64,000 bases of DNA, taken from contig NC_047063.1 of the NCBI RefSeq assembly GCF_902459465.1, forward strand, positions 18,910,001-18,974,000, written 5' to 3'. Below the pieces are notes generated by a model, which ran no database searches, was not told the origin of the DNA, and saw only the letters and a program-made list of their open reading frames with translations. Shown here one piece after another: positions 12,596-26,232 of this stretch. Every line of letters starts with the position of its first letter. The stretch's first letter is position 1. A program made the translations under genes and the position numbers. Origin of the DNA: Asterias rubens. Its lineage: Eukaryota.

Positions 12596-12937
12596 AGGCA
12601 CTGGACACTTTGTAAATACTCAATATAATTGTAAGCAAAAATAAACTTACTTGCTTAACGAGCAATGTTAATAGTAATAAAAAAAATTGTGAGAAACGCC
12701 TTTAAAGTAATGTAGTTTTTCAAAAAGAAGTAATTTCTCACTTAAGTAGTTGAATTTAATTCGAAACCTCAGCTGAGGTTTTGAATTCAAGCATCTGTAC
12801 GACAAGGGTGTTTTTTATTCCATTATTCTCTCCAACGAAGTTCAAACAAAGTTCCTTTTTTTTAATGCACAAAGATAGGGGCCTACACCAAGTGAGAATA
12901 CTGGTCTTTGACAATTTACTAAAGGTGACCAGTGCCT
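12596..12937. mobile_element. Kolobok-type MITE copy, degenerate
   Basis: TTAA|AGGCACTGGACAC...CCAGTGCCT; family internal motifs present. Confidence 0.72.
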
Positions 12938-13666
12938 TTAGGGAAAGTGTCTTTGAATTTTGACAACCATGATTGCAAATCAAGATCTCTGACACATTAA
13001 AATAGTTGCAATGTATTCACCTGATGAATTCCTATCTTTGGTAAGGACGGACAGTATTATTTTATATTAAAACAAACATTGCTAAAAAGCTATTCTAAAA
13101 AAAATTAATGACGCTTTTAATTAAACAAATTTGTTAGATAATTTAAAATTTAAACAAAATACTAAGCATGCTTTCATAACAACCTGGACCCAATCGCATA
13201 AAACCTCTAAGCAGAAAATGCTGCTTAGCACATTTCTTAACTAAGCAAACGAAACAAACAACAAGCGAGTTGGGGAACAAGCATCCAGCAATGTAAACTT
13301 GTGTGCGGATCCCTTGCTACACGGTAGCTAACGGTCGTATGGCTTCTGACTGGCACCCGGAACAACGAAAACAAAAGGAAGACTGCCACATAGATAGATG
13401 TGTTGGCAAAGCGCCGGCACGTTAATCCAGAGGTCGTTAGTTCAATCACACTCAAGCAAACTTTCAATGTTGGTTCCCCTTGTTGCGGGAGGGGGGGGGG
13501 GGTGGATGGGGGAGAGAATGTTTACCGTCATGGGAATGGACAGGGGGTGGCCCAAGCATTTTGGCCGGGATTGTAGATTGGTCGGGGCTTCGCATTTATT
13601 TTTTGCGCTTACAAGCTTGATGAAATTGGGCCCATATGAATTATATAATTATCTTCAAGTTCAAGA

Positions 13667-16600
13667 TCAGCGGTTCTTTTTGTGGCCTAGATACCCACTG
13701 GTCTTGTCTAGCTCCTTCTGTGCGCGGTTCAACTCCCTCCAGGATTGTCTGATGAGGATGGGTGGGACAATAACCCAGGGGGCATTGAACCCGATCACAT
13801 ACAGCCAGAAGTAGTAGGGGTGGAACCTCGGCCCGTGGGCGAAGTCCTCAACGTACTCGGTAATGAAGTAGATGAGAACACCTGTTATATTATTGATAAA
13901 GAATGATGGAGATTAGTAGGAGTCGAGTTGATATAAATAATAGGCGAAATAAACTAATTAAACTACTCTAATTTTGTATTCTATATTTTCACTAATTTTC
14001 TTTTAAAACTGCATATCATTCATGGACAAAAAAACACATTTCAAGGGACATTTTCCACCATGTCAACCTTTAAACCAACATTGTGTTAACGTTATTTTAA
14101 TCTTACAACATTGCTGTGTACATTGTACACATTTTAACATGAAATAGAACTGCACTGAAAAAAAACTAGTGTTAAAGCTGTGTTGTCACATAATATATAC
14201 CTAAAAGAGAGTCCAAATATATACCCAAGTGTTAAACTAACACTAATTTCTGCCAACGTTACATTTGTGCTATTATAACATACTATGAAGTTAATTTTGG
14301 TTCTCTCTTAGTTAACTATAATGCGACAACACCCACGGTGTAAATTCAACGCAACAGTTTTTGCAGTGTAGCACTCAGTGTTTATGTAAATAAGAACATT
14401 ATGCAAATCCTACTGTTTCTTCTTCGTTGAACCGATACATCGTCGGAATAATGACAAAGCACAGTACAGATAATTCAAACACTTTTGCCTACCATAAAAC
14501 TGGCCAATCGAAACAGCCAGTTGCATCACGTGGCGCATCGAACTTCTATTGAGAAACGCCCACACCGTGATGAAACATCCGGGACCTTCTAGCCATGCAG
14601 TTATATTCTCCAAAACAATGGTGCACGTATCGTTTCTGTACAAAACACACACAATTAGTTGAAACAATATTCTCACTTTTATTTGTTACAATTCATCATG
14701 TTTGTCCACTTTGCGAATAAATCGTGTGTTAAAGGCACTGGACACGGTTGGTAGTTGTCGGTTGGTAGTTGTCAAACACCATTATTCCCACTTGGTGGTG
14801 TATTCCACATAAAACTAATAAATAACAAACCTGTGAAAGTTTGGGGCCAATGGGTCATCAAAGTTGCAAGAAAATAATAAATAAAAATAAAAAAATATAG
14901 CCAGTAATTGTGTTGCTTTCAGATGCCTTGCAAAGACTTCAGGTGTGGAGTCTTTGTCTTGGTCATATTCAAATTATCAAAAGTGAAAATTACCTCAAAA
15001 ACTAGGTTATTTCATCAGAGGGAGCCGTTTCTCACAATATTGTATACACAGCTAGCTAGCCGTTACTCATTACCGAGTTATGCTATAAGATAATACACAT
15101 TTTGAGTAATTACCAAACATTTCCAGTGCCTTTAAAGTCTGTTGGAAATTGTCACACGGGGTTATCTACAGGTGACAAGTTCAAGGGAAAAAGGTTATAT
15201 CAGAAGACAGTGATGTATATTTACTAACACTGGTTAATGTTATTTAAATGGAAATAATGTTTCACAGACATTTATTAATAGACATTTCTGAGCAGAAAAA
15301 AAAAACATTTTGTGGGAAAACCCGACATTCAAAATACTTACGAAACATATCGGCTGTCCCCCTTGGCGTACTCTTTCCCTAAACCAACCGAGATAAAAAA
15401 GAAGGGGAGAAATAAACCAAGATAACCAATTCAGTCAATAAGTTGTATCAACGGGCAAAATACATGTATATGATATATAAATAATAATATAAAATATTGC
15501 CTATAAATAGAATACCTTATTATAGTGGTCATCGGAAAGTTCAATAAAGACCCTATTGTTCTTCTGGTACTAGAACATAAGTCGAATGTAGAGTTTGGTA
15601 CAATTCCATGTTTTTTTAAGCAGAATGTTTGGTTAAAATGCTGCTTTATTATCGAAAAGCAGGAAACCAGTCAGTCCCAGTCACAATGGTTTGCAATGGT
15701 ATTTTGGCTGGTACCTTACCCTGTAAGCAAACTTGCTTTTGCTTAGCTATTTTCTGTACTGAATGTATTTTTTCCAAACCTCGGCTTCCTTTTGATATTG
15801 GAATCACCATACAAAATGCTCCAAAATTAATGGCGACACCCGCGGAGTAGCAGGAAATGGTCACGGTTTTTTCCCCCCAAAAAAAAATCCCTAGCAGAAG
15901 CTGGACTTCATGATTTGTAATAAAATCCACAGCTCAAATGTAGATATTATTAAACTTTCTGGTTCGTACCAACTTCTTGTAATGTACATGTATATTGTAT
16001 GAATGATTTTACCCCATAACCTCTGGATTTAGTTTGGTGTGGTTCCCACAGTTCGGTTCGGCCATATCGATTTGACCATACAAGTAAGGATTTAAACCTA
16101 ATCCGTATGTAAATGTGATATCCGCACAAAATAATATAAATGAAATCAATTTCAAAAGACCTCTTTTCCCAATCCAGTTATAAGAACAATATTAATTTCG
16201 TGAACACGCATAGAATCCCTAACGCACTGTAAAGATAAATTAGTCAAAACGACGTAAGTTAGTCAAGACATCATGTTGACTAATAGTCAGCCAACTTAAG
16301 TCGTTTTTACTAATTTATTTTTACAGTGCGGTACAAAATAGCTTTGAGATTAGTATTAGATTATTTTATCTGACACAATACAACTAATATTGTGTATCGG
16401 TTCTTTTTATAGTGCAATCTATACGAGACGGCACTAAGTGGACCAAAGTTCTTGTACCAACAATGCAGTATGTCCAAACTTAGGTTCAGACAATGGGCCT
16501 TATCAAGAACCCACCAATATAATAATCTCCTCATGTAAATATAGCACAGAGGGAACATCTTTTAGAGATAATTTTTTTTAATATCACTGCCTTAATTCTG

Positions 16601-18226
16601 TTTAATGACTTGATGCTTATTTTTGTCCGTGTTTGGCCTTTAAGTCGGAACAATGCTCCTTTGCCATTCTAATAAAAAAAGATTGAAACAATCACACCCT
16701 TGAGTTAGTAAAGCACTGATGAGCAAGAGATAAAAACTAAATGCAATCTGGAGTTACCTTAATCAGATTCAGGAGCGTATAATTCATAACTAAGCCCCCC
16801 CCCCCAAAAAAAAAAGAAGTTGGTCGTACGGGTTTAAACAAAAAAAAGAGGATGGGGGTCTTTTTCAAATAATTTCTCTCAAAGGTGGACGCTCAGCATT
16901 TTAATTCTAACTGGCTACCAATTTCAGTTTAAAGTCACCACTTACTTTTTAAATATCGTAAAAAGTTCTTAAAAGATTAAATTTGGCGGGAAAAACAGAA
17001 AGTTTGTCTTTTTGAAAAACAAAAACGTTAAAAAAAAGAAATATATTAAAAAGGGTGCGGCAAAAAATAAAAACAGAATGAGGGAGAGGACAATCAACTG
17101 GTATCTTTTGTCATGAAACCTTATCTGGCGGGATTGTGGGGGAAAATATTCCACTTCAAAAAGGATCGCATTTTAAGTTTTTCAGAAAAAAAATATGAGA
17201 TTGTTTTTATCACACAGTGTATTGCAGAAGATGCAGTTAAACAAATTGCCCGACGTTTCGACCTTAGCAGAATCTTTAAAGGAATGTCATATCAGGGCTG
17301 TATGCTTCGTTTTTGAAAGGGCAAGGGCACCAAGGCATTTTTTTCTTGGTAAGGGGCAACCTATAATGTAAAATTGCAAATTTGTACTGGAGCATTTCAA
17401 GGGCACCAAGGCCGAACCAGGGGACCTCCATGGGGACACGGAGGCAATCACCTTCGTTGCCTGTTTTATAAGTCCCTGGCTTTGGAAAGCAGTTTGCAAC
17501 AGCTATATTCAAATATTTTCTAAAAATGTATACATTCAAACTGCCATTTTTGTCCACTATCCCACAATTGCGTTCTCTTTTATATAAAAAACACATCTTA
17601 AGTAATAACTTCAGGAAGGAACCGTTCAAATGTGTTTGAAATGCAGAAGTCACCCCGCTACCACATAATAATCCGCGGTTCTCTCTGATCAATCTTCAGA
17701 AACGACTACAGCAAGTCTAGTAGTGTCAGACGGCCTCGTTCAGCCTTCTGAAACACCGGCCGGTAACGCGGTGTACATGTGTTAGCCATTGTACATGTGT
17801 AAGTGCACTTGTCTGTGTACGTTACATGTCCAGAGACAGAGAGGCTAGCTGGCCACACGCAGACAGCATGTATGGCATACAGTCTAGTCTACTAATTCTA
17901 CCTCCATGGTCTTACTTACATATTTGAGCTAGAATATCGTTGTGTCCTGCCACTGTACCGCTATTCAGCGTCAGATATCCCTCAAGGATCAAGTGGATGC
18001 TACCACTCATTCCAAACCAGCATAGAACAGCCCTCTCGTCCAGCCGAAGTCGGCGACCGAATCGATCCTTTCCAACCACCATCCATGTTATCAAATAAAA
18101 CACAACAAAGAAGGCTACAACAACGGAGAGAATTACTTCGACTGAGCGTGAGTTATCCACGTAATGGGGTAAATGAAGGTCCAGTGGATAGTATGGATGG
18201 GAAACGTTGTCAGTAGAAGGTGCCAT
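13667..18226 (-). CDS. EBP: EBP-family sterol delta8-delta7 isomerase, copy 1 (most divergent paralogue), 233 aa
   Basis: Exons 17920-18226, 15342-15378, 14493-14635, 13667-13881 (702 nt). Motifs HPYYP, IHLILEG, WKEYAKGDSRY, LENIT, GQFYG and FNAPW; C-terminal KKNR* is a KKXX ER-retrieval signal. Confidence 0.95.
14733..15131. mobile_element. Kolobok-type MITE copy, EBP1 intron 2
   Basis: TTAA|AGGCACTGGACAC...TCCAGTGCCT|TTAA. Confidence 0.78.
17290..17480. mobile_element. CAGGG...CCCTG MITE family (other copies 9075-9240 reverse, 1545-1685 and 55920-56030)
   Basis: Recurrent AAGGGCAAGGGCACCAAGGCATTTT...AAGGGCACCAAGGC strings. Confidence 0.6.
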
Positions 18227-20424
18227 CTTTGAATTGAGAAAGAACTCGCCCTACCTACCCCTGCTATACCAAAAACACTGATGGGAACTTTTTGAAGTAC
18301 GGTACTTTTCACCTTGCCTTACAGAGCAATGGTTGTGACGTAATCTGCGAACCAACACTGCACTCTCTCGTCGTCATGTACTACACGGCTTGTGTACGTG
18401 TATTGTTATAACAAGGCGTGATCTTTAGATACAACCCCCCTCTACTGTTCGGATCTTCTCTATACTACTTATGTACACAGGCACTGTACACATTGTACAC
18501 GTGAGCTATGTGGATATAAATAAATAGTGGGACGATTTTCAAAACCATAAACTTTACCCAGTCTCTTTAATAGTGTTCCATTTCTACCCTGCGTAGAAAA
18601 ATACATTTGCAATTAACCGACTGTTATCATAATCGACTTCCTTTGTTGAATCAACGAAATGAACGGCATGCATGGGGATCTTGAACTTGAAATAAAGTTT
18701 AAACTTTGTTTGTAATCTATTTATATGTATACAGTTTTTCTTTGGGACTTGGACGTTGGCTAGTTGTGAAGATCTCCGCTGGATCCGGAAAAAAACTTCT
18801 CTCAGCTCACGGCAACGTGTTCCTTCTACCTCCATGCTTTAAGTGGTCGCATTATGATTTAATTCTACAGACGACGATGGCAAGTTGTTCAAGACCTGGA
18901 GCAGTTCGTGTTAGCCTGAACATCTGACGTCACATTTCAAGTGAGCAGTTCGTTAAAATAGCGCCCTCTGGATTTGTTTTATGCCAAATTGTTAGGTTGT
19001 ATAGACTGGTCCCCTTGTCATCTTCCGCAAGGATAAAGACAGCTGGGCCTACTTGCTTTTCAGAACCAATCATTGATAAACGTGCAGCGACGTAAGCTTT
19101 CCATATATGTGTTTTGATTGGTCCGAGGTGGTGTGGGTGGTGCAGCTGAAGCAGATCACTCGGACCAATCAAATAATACATTCTTCGAGTTGGGTGATGA
19201 CTGGTCCATAAGGGAATGAAATCTTTACATGAAAACTTTCTTTGGAACAGAGAGAGTCTATGATTAAGTCTGTCAGTGTACAGATTCAGCGGATTGTGGG
19301 GCATTGAATAGGATCTTGAAACAGACCCTGATATTAATTGATATCATTGCTTAAAGTGACCAAAGAGCAAGGACCTTTCTCTTTTCCCTTTCCCTTTCTA
19401 TGAAGTGGTAGGACCAAAGATTATCCAATCAAACTCGTTGTTACATCATTTGAAAGAGCATTGACTAAGCTTTGCTATCCCGAGTGAAACGTTTTGGTTG
19501 GCTTTGCAGTTCGTGAGTTACACTAACAACAACGCATCGCGACAGCAAACTAATAATATTGACAAAAACAAACTCGCCGTTACAAACAGAAATCTACCGG
19601 ATGTAATTTTTAACGAGATCTTGACAGGTCCAATGTTTCATTTTCATTGATTTCATTTCACTTATTAATTGCACAGGTAAAAATTCAAGTACAGACTATA
19701 AGAACAGTAAAAGAAAACAAAAATATGCACCTATAGGCGAGAGAGAGAAACAAAAGTAGCGCCCTTAAAAAGTGAGCTAAATTTCTATCGAGTTAACCTC
19801 CTGTTCCGACCTCTAGAAAATAAAATTTACATTAATAGTTATGTCAGGAACAAAAACTAAACTTTCCTGAATAAAACTTATTAAATAAATGAACCGTTTT
19901 TGAGATAACCATAAAAAACTGTAAAAATTTAGCATCTTTGGGGCCAGATTTCCAGCACTTTTGCCTGCGTAGTAAACAAACCAATGGGTTTGTGACAATT
20001 CAACCAGGAAAGATTGTCCAGATCCACAACGATTAGTTTTGACACGGTTAGCTTTAGTAGTTGGCTGCCGATTGAGGATATCAAAAACATTCTCACTATC
20101 CAAACATTGCTTTCTGCATGTAACCTTCATAACAATGAGTGCTTTGGGACGCCCATCTGGACTGAAGAAGTGAGCAAAAACAAAAATTACTACTACTAGT
20201 TTTATTGTTATTCTATCAAACACTACCTGCACTATACCTGCCGTGGCTGTACGGGCGGAAACAAACCTGACAAAGTAAATAATAATATAATATACAAGAT
20301 TTATAAATAAATGGGCTATTTATTGCTGGTAGTTAATTGTTTCATACAGAATCAAAGAAAATGGCAATGTCAACAAACTTTTTTAGTCGGCACACCTCAT
20401 TCTAGCGGTATCTCTTCCGGAGGG

Positions 20425-20930
20425 AGGTGTGCGTGCCGGTGTGGCGGTTTCAACTTTCCGCTGTGTTCAGTTTTCCGAATGACCAAATACGGTAGCATTA
20501 CGTCATGCGATGCCTGCGCACAGCAAGCGAAAGTAGTCCGTTTTTAGTGCCGTATTGAGTCATCCATTACCCTCCGGTAGCTGTCATGGCGGCGTCCACG
20601 AGTCGAGTACAACTAGCGGCAAACGCGTGGATCGTATGAGTTGTTTTTTATGCAAGCAGAATGTGACCTGCCTAAAGTTGTACCCATGAATACATGTAAA
20701 GATGGGGCAAGAGATTATGTGACTACACAGAAAAGAATCGTAATATAAACAATTTGGGGGTCACTGCTGAGAGAACTACAGTACTCGCCAGGGTACTCGC
20801 GGCGGTATCTGACAGGTCAACCGGAAAACTGAACACGCCGGAAAGCTAAAACCGTTTGAGCAACGTGTCGAAATTTCCGGCTACGTCACCCGGAAAACTG
20901 AACACGGCGGAAGTCTGAAACCGCCACACC
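20425..20930. mobile_element. Inverted-repeat element
   Basis: CCGGTGTGGCGGTTTC...TGTTCAGTTTTCCG mirrored by CCGGAAAACTGAACAC (twice)...GAAACCGCCACACCGG. Confidence 0.6.
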
Positions 20931-20940
20931 GGTGCGGCAG

Positions 20941-21241
20941 GAGATGCTGTGCCCCCCCCCCCAGCATACGGCGAACTTCGCACAAACCTCTTCTGATAGC
21001 GCCCTCTTTTGAACCATCCTCTTTCATTCAGCCTATGTTAATTCCCCATAAGGGTGACAGTATCCCCGGCAGACAGATATCTCTTGGCACTGATGTGTGA
21101 CATGGGATTCTGTCCCCGGCGTTTCTGTGTGCCCTACCCCCATAACGACGAAGTGTGTACAAACTATTTCTGATAGGTAGCCTCTTTTCAAATCCTCCTT
21201 CAGCCCACGTAACTTCAACACGGGGGGGGGGGCAGCATCTC
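20941..21241. mobile_element. MITE-like repeat (related sequence at 39785-39960 and 41850-42050)
   Basis: Ends GAGATGCTG..C-run / G-run..CAGCATCTC; the body GATAGCGCCCTCTTTTGAA.CATCCTCTTTCAT recurs at 39809. Confidence 0.55.
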
Positions 21242-21317
21242 GTTGGACTGATTCCCCTGGGACCATGGCGCACTGATTTTGAAGCATGCAATAAGTGCAG
21301 TAAATGGTGTTTGTTAA

Positions 21318-21704
21318 AGGCAGTGGACACTATTGGTAATTACTCAAAATAATTATTAGCATAAAACCTTACATGGTGACGAGTAATGGGGAGAGGTTGA
21401 TGGTATAAAACATTGTGAGAAACGGCTCCCTCTGAAGTGACATAGGTTTCGAGAAAGAAGTAATTTTCCACGAATTTGATTTCGAGACCTCAGGTTTAGA
21501 ACTTGAGGTCTCGAAATCAACCATCTAAACGTACACAACTTCGTGTGACAAGGGTGTTTTTTCTTTCACTATAATCTCACAACTTCGTCGACCAATTGAG
21601 CTCAAATTTTCACAGGTTTGTTATTTTATGCATACTTTTTTTATGTTGAGATACACCAAGTGAGAAGACTGGTCTTTGACAATTACCAATAGGGTCCAGT
21701 GTCT
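21318..21704. mobile_element. Kolobok-type MITE copy, downstream of EBP2
   Basis: TTAA|AGGCAGTGGACACTATTGGTAATT...GTCCAGTGTCT|TTAA; near-consensus. Confidence 0.85.
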
Positions 21705-21913
21705 TTAACACGGTTCGCCGTTTTGGGACAGAATTTCCGGGAGACAAAATCTTCTACCACACCGGTACACAGTGATGACATAGTTACACTGTTAACTACA
21801 GGATGGCGTCCATCTTGGCAGCTTTTTTGTTAAACTATACTAAGTTTTTCCAAAATGTGCTTGGGGTATTTTTCTAAGGAGACGTGACTTTGTACTCCGT
21901 TTGACTCACTCGT

Positions 21914-24006
21914 CTATTTTCGTTTTGAGATACCACCTTTTACTGGGTTGAATCCAGTCTCTTTGTCCAGGAGCCGCTGGGCCAGGTTGAGTTGCTTCCA
22001 GGACTGATAGATTAGGATTGGAGGCACCACCAGCCATGGTGAGTTCATCCCGAAGAAGTAAAACCAGAAGTACAGAGGATGGAACCGGGGACCGTGGGAT
22101 AGACCGTCGAACATCTCGGTGAAGAAGTACAGAAGTGTACCTGAGTGTGTGGGATCGAAAGAACAATTTATTCAATCATAATTGCCTATAGACACCATTT
22201 CAAAATCTCTCGTTCAACTTTTGAAAATTAGTCATACATTGCATCACAGGGACATGGACGTTTTCTTTAAGGCAATGAGTAGGTATACATATTCAAAACG
22301 GGGACCTTTAACAAAAGAGGACAATAGAGTCCTTGGTTCGGGATCCCGAAGTCCACAGTTGGAAAAGTGTAGAAAACCAATGGGATCTGTTGCCCCCCCC
22401 CCCCCCAAAAAAAAAAAGTGTAAACGACAGAGGGAAAATGAGGTCCACGGTTGTAAACAGCATTATTTTTACCCGGTAACAACAGACTGATTAAAAACAC
22501 TAAATGACACTATCTCACCGTAGAATTGACCAATGGAGACTCCGAACTGGAGCACGTGACGCATTGGGTGTCTGTTTAGGAACGCCCACATGATGAAGAA
22601 ACATCCGGGACCTTCTATCCATGCCGTCAGTCCCTCCATGATTATAATACAGGCATCGGACCTGCAAGATAATGTGTACTTTTTATTATTTTAAATTATA
22701 GGCGGGAAAGTGTTTCGCAGTTATTTGATGCAATATCCCGTGTCCAAAATCGTCACCGACGCCCTAAACTTTTGCATATACGTCATAGTACGTATGTACA
22801 ACAGTAAATGCAATAGGAGAAGACGGCGCGTCGCGGCGTTTAAAGGCACATTTTCAGTGAGCATTGTGAGAAATGTCTTTCGATAAAAATAAATTGTATA
22901 CTTACTGCACATATCTGCTATCTCCCTTTGTGTACTCTTTCCCTGTAATAACAAAGGAAACGCTAACAATGTATTCTGCCAGTCTTGCTCATTATTGTGA
23001 CACCCCAATGTGTGTAATTACTTCGCTATGTTGAACCCTATCGTGAAAAGTGGTCACCCAAAGTTCAAAGAATGTTGCATCAATGTTGGGTAACAGTAAA
23101 AACAAAACAGAAATTATAAATGACATAAGGATTGCGGTCACACCATGTAATGACTATCTAGGCTATATGAGTTGGGGTGGTTCTGAAAAGATCCGTTGGT
23201 TTCAACTCGATGTTTCGATCAGTACTCTGATCGTCTTCTCTACGCCCTCTCCAGACAGCTCATCAAGTTTGTTAACTCTGCGCCATAAATAGCGAGTGAA
23301 AGTCTGTACATAAAATTAAAGTTTAACGTTTTTTATAAATTTTGTAGTGAATCCTGCGTTATTTTGTTCGGGGTTGCTGTTGATGTACTAATTCCAAATA
23401 CTGTTTCAATACAAGATCTTGAATACCATTATTCACGTATTTGGGGGGAAATGTATACTTTTCACAAATAAAACCTTAATGAAAATGTTGCAGTTTGGGC
23501 AGACATTAATTTTGTTCCACTTGCGGCAAAATCGTGAATTAATTCGGAGGAAATTTTGCAAAATATGTAATGTCCCTTGAGAGACAAGGTAAAGGTTTAT
23601 TGTATGGGCTGGAGTTGATTACTTGGCTTATATCAATTAACTTTCAAATATAGTTGATTTTTATTTTCATGTTTAATTGATATATTTTTTTTGTAATAAA
23701 CACTGACTCACACATTTGTGCCAATAAGTTGTTGTCTCCGGGAAAGTTGCTGCTATTCATACTGATGTACCCCTCCATGATCACGTGGATGCAACCACAT
23801 AACCCCCACCAGCACAACGCAGCCTTCTCCCATGATCCTAGGAGACGGTTAAACCGGTCCTGCTTCACGAACTTCCAGAAACACACGAAGATAACAACGA
23901 AGGAGCCCAGAGTAATTGGTGTGACGGCAAGCCCGAGACTGTTTTCCTTGTAGTGGGGCACTTCCAAGCCCAGTGGATAGTACGGATGAGACACGTTTGA
24001 TGTCAT
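21914..24006 (-). CDS. EBP: EBP-family sterol isomerase, copy 2, 233 aa
   Basis: Exons 23712-24006, 22906-22942, 22519-22661, 21914-22140 (702 nt). Motifs HPYYP, IHVIMEG, WKEYTKGDSRY, MEGLT and MNSPW; ends ISKRK*. Confidence 0.94.
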
Positions 24007-26184
24007 GGTCACAGTTAAGAGTATCACACTAAAGACCAACCTCTGGTTTTAAAACCTTCGTTCCGAATGATTCTTATTTCCTCGGTAACTCTGTTTTGTT
24101 CTTTATGCTTATATCACTTTTGTACATGTTTTGTTAAAAGCAAAATCGAAAAGTTTAAGGTCGAAATGGTTCATTAACTAGGAACCCGCATCTTCTAAAC
24201 GTAGCTAAGCTATAAACCACCCAACCATTCGGGGAGAGGTTCATCAAATTGTAGGAGGCCTCGTAATTGTGAGAGGAACTTTTTTGGTTTCTACAGTTCA
24301 GACATTAAGGGGCATTGTCACACCTTGACACAACTTTTACAGGCAACCAACTGCAGCGCAGGCTACATGACCACTTTTTGTAGTACATGAGTCATTCTTT
24401 CAAACAATGTCATACGATTCCAAGAATGAAATATAACAACTCACAAGTGTTATTGCCCTTTTCCTTGGACATTGCATGGAACATGATGTCTGCAAAATGC
24501 CTCGTGTGACATGGCCCTAAAACTGTAGCCCTGGCGGCCTTACACTTTCGTATTATACTACAGTGACGGAGGAAGAGTCCTGCTGTATAGGGCTACCTAA
24601 ATCTTGTACTGGAAGGACATTCGTTTCAACGGAGATACTTTGAAAACCTGTTTAAAATGTGTTCGTTTATCATATATGTAAATATTGTACATTTTTGAAT
24701 TGTTTGCAATAATCGTTCAAAAAAATAGGCCCCACCCTCAAGGTTTTGAGACGGCGTTGCGTCAAAATGGCAATACTTTGACGTCATGTGTGGGAGTTTG
24801 TTTTGTTATATCTCCAAGCTGTAACACAGCGGCTCTACGAAACTAAGCTCCCACATGACCCAACGTACGGGGTGACCGTACACAAAGCTTTTTGCGAATC
24901 TGTTTTGAAAATACCTGAGAAGGGTATTCAACATGATTGTGGTTTTTTTTAACAATTAAAATCTGATATGAACAATATGAACTCATCTTCCCTAGGCTTA
25001 TTGCTTGAAACATTTTAAAATAGTTTTCAAGTAGGTCTTTCACTAATGTTGGGTGCGTGTGGCGTATGGCTGTGCTTGGTGTGCACATATTATTATAACT
25101 TTCCTGCAATAGCGCCACGTACTCCCTTTGTAGCCAAATTGCAACATGGACATCGTCAAAAAGGTATGATACAGAGTATGCAATCAAAAATCACAAGTAA
25201 GATAGTAACAGCACAAAGACTGACTAGTTTCTTAACTGCATTAGTGTCGTAGCAACAACTACCTAATCAGATGCAAATTCACAACGTTTCAAAAAGTATC
25301 GCACACGGTTGCGCATAATAATATTCGCCAATAAATCCACAATATCGCATTGGGCAAGTATTCGCGTTGCGATGTCCCTCCAGGGCAACCATATTAATGT
25401 CTGAAATGGACCGTTCCGGCTTTCCACTAAGCTCCGCCCACCGCACACGTGAGCATGCACGATTCTGCCGCTCATGCTAAATATACGCTCACGCAAAACC
25501 GAGTTTGTCCGACCACAATCATTGCTGTGATTGGTCAAATGGGTGAACGCGCACAGTTTGATTGACAGGCCGGATCGGTAATTTTTTTGGAGACACATTG
25601 TGTACAAAGTGGGCGTGGTTTGGGGTAAATATCTACGGTTTTGGAAGAGCGGATGACAAAATAAGGCCACCGTAGTTTCTTAATGGCGTCACGCTATGTA
25701 GTATAAGCACTTCATATATCAAAACTTTCAGGCAAAATATTCTTACAAAATGTAACAGCCATTTTCCGTGAAACCTTGCACAACTTATTTATAGACACAC
25801 ATCCACAGTGGACTTTTGTCTCTTCACCTATAGTTTGATTTCACGCTATAATTCAAAGAAACGTTTTGTTCAAACGTCGTGCCATGATGGAAACAATCTC
25901 GTCTATTTTAGCAGGTCCAAAAGTTCTAATACACGCGAGACGTGCACAGTCTTATAACAGTTTATTTTTGTGTTCATTGGTAATTTTACGAACCATTCCA
26001 TTATATGCAAAATTAACCCCTACCTGCAAATTATTACGTGTAAGACAGTACGACCGGAAGGCATTTTGGGAAAAACACCTTCGCAAACTATTCTGAATCA
26101 AGGTTACTTATTTGCTGGTACTAAACAAGAGCTTCTTCACCAGAAAATATAACAATAGAAATAAAAACAAAACAAACGACCACA

Positions 26185-26198
26185 TACAACAACACAGC

Positions 26199-26232
<34 letters not shown>

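Noticed and set aside
18200-19400. SREBP sterol-response elements upstream of the EBP genes
   Set aside because: No clear TCACNCCAC site was found by eye; the CCAAT hairpins at about 19110-19180 and 34130-34190 belong to a repeat present in opposite orientations.
24007-24039. Upstream ORF-track starts for EBP2, EBP3 and EBP4 (MVFSVILL..., MTVTPVI..., MIVRIH...)
   Set aside because: These use non-ATG starts in the ORF track; alignment of all four paralogues places the initiator at M(A/T)SNVSHPYYP.
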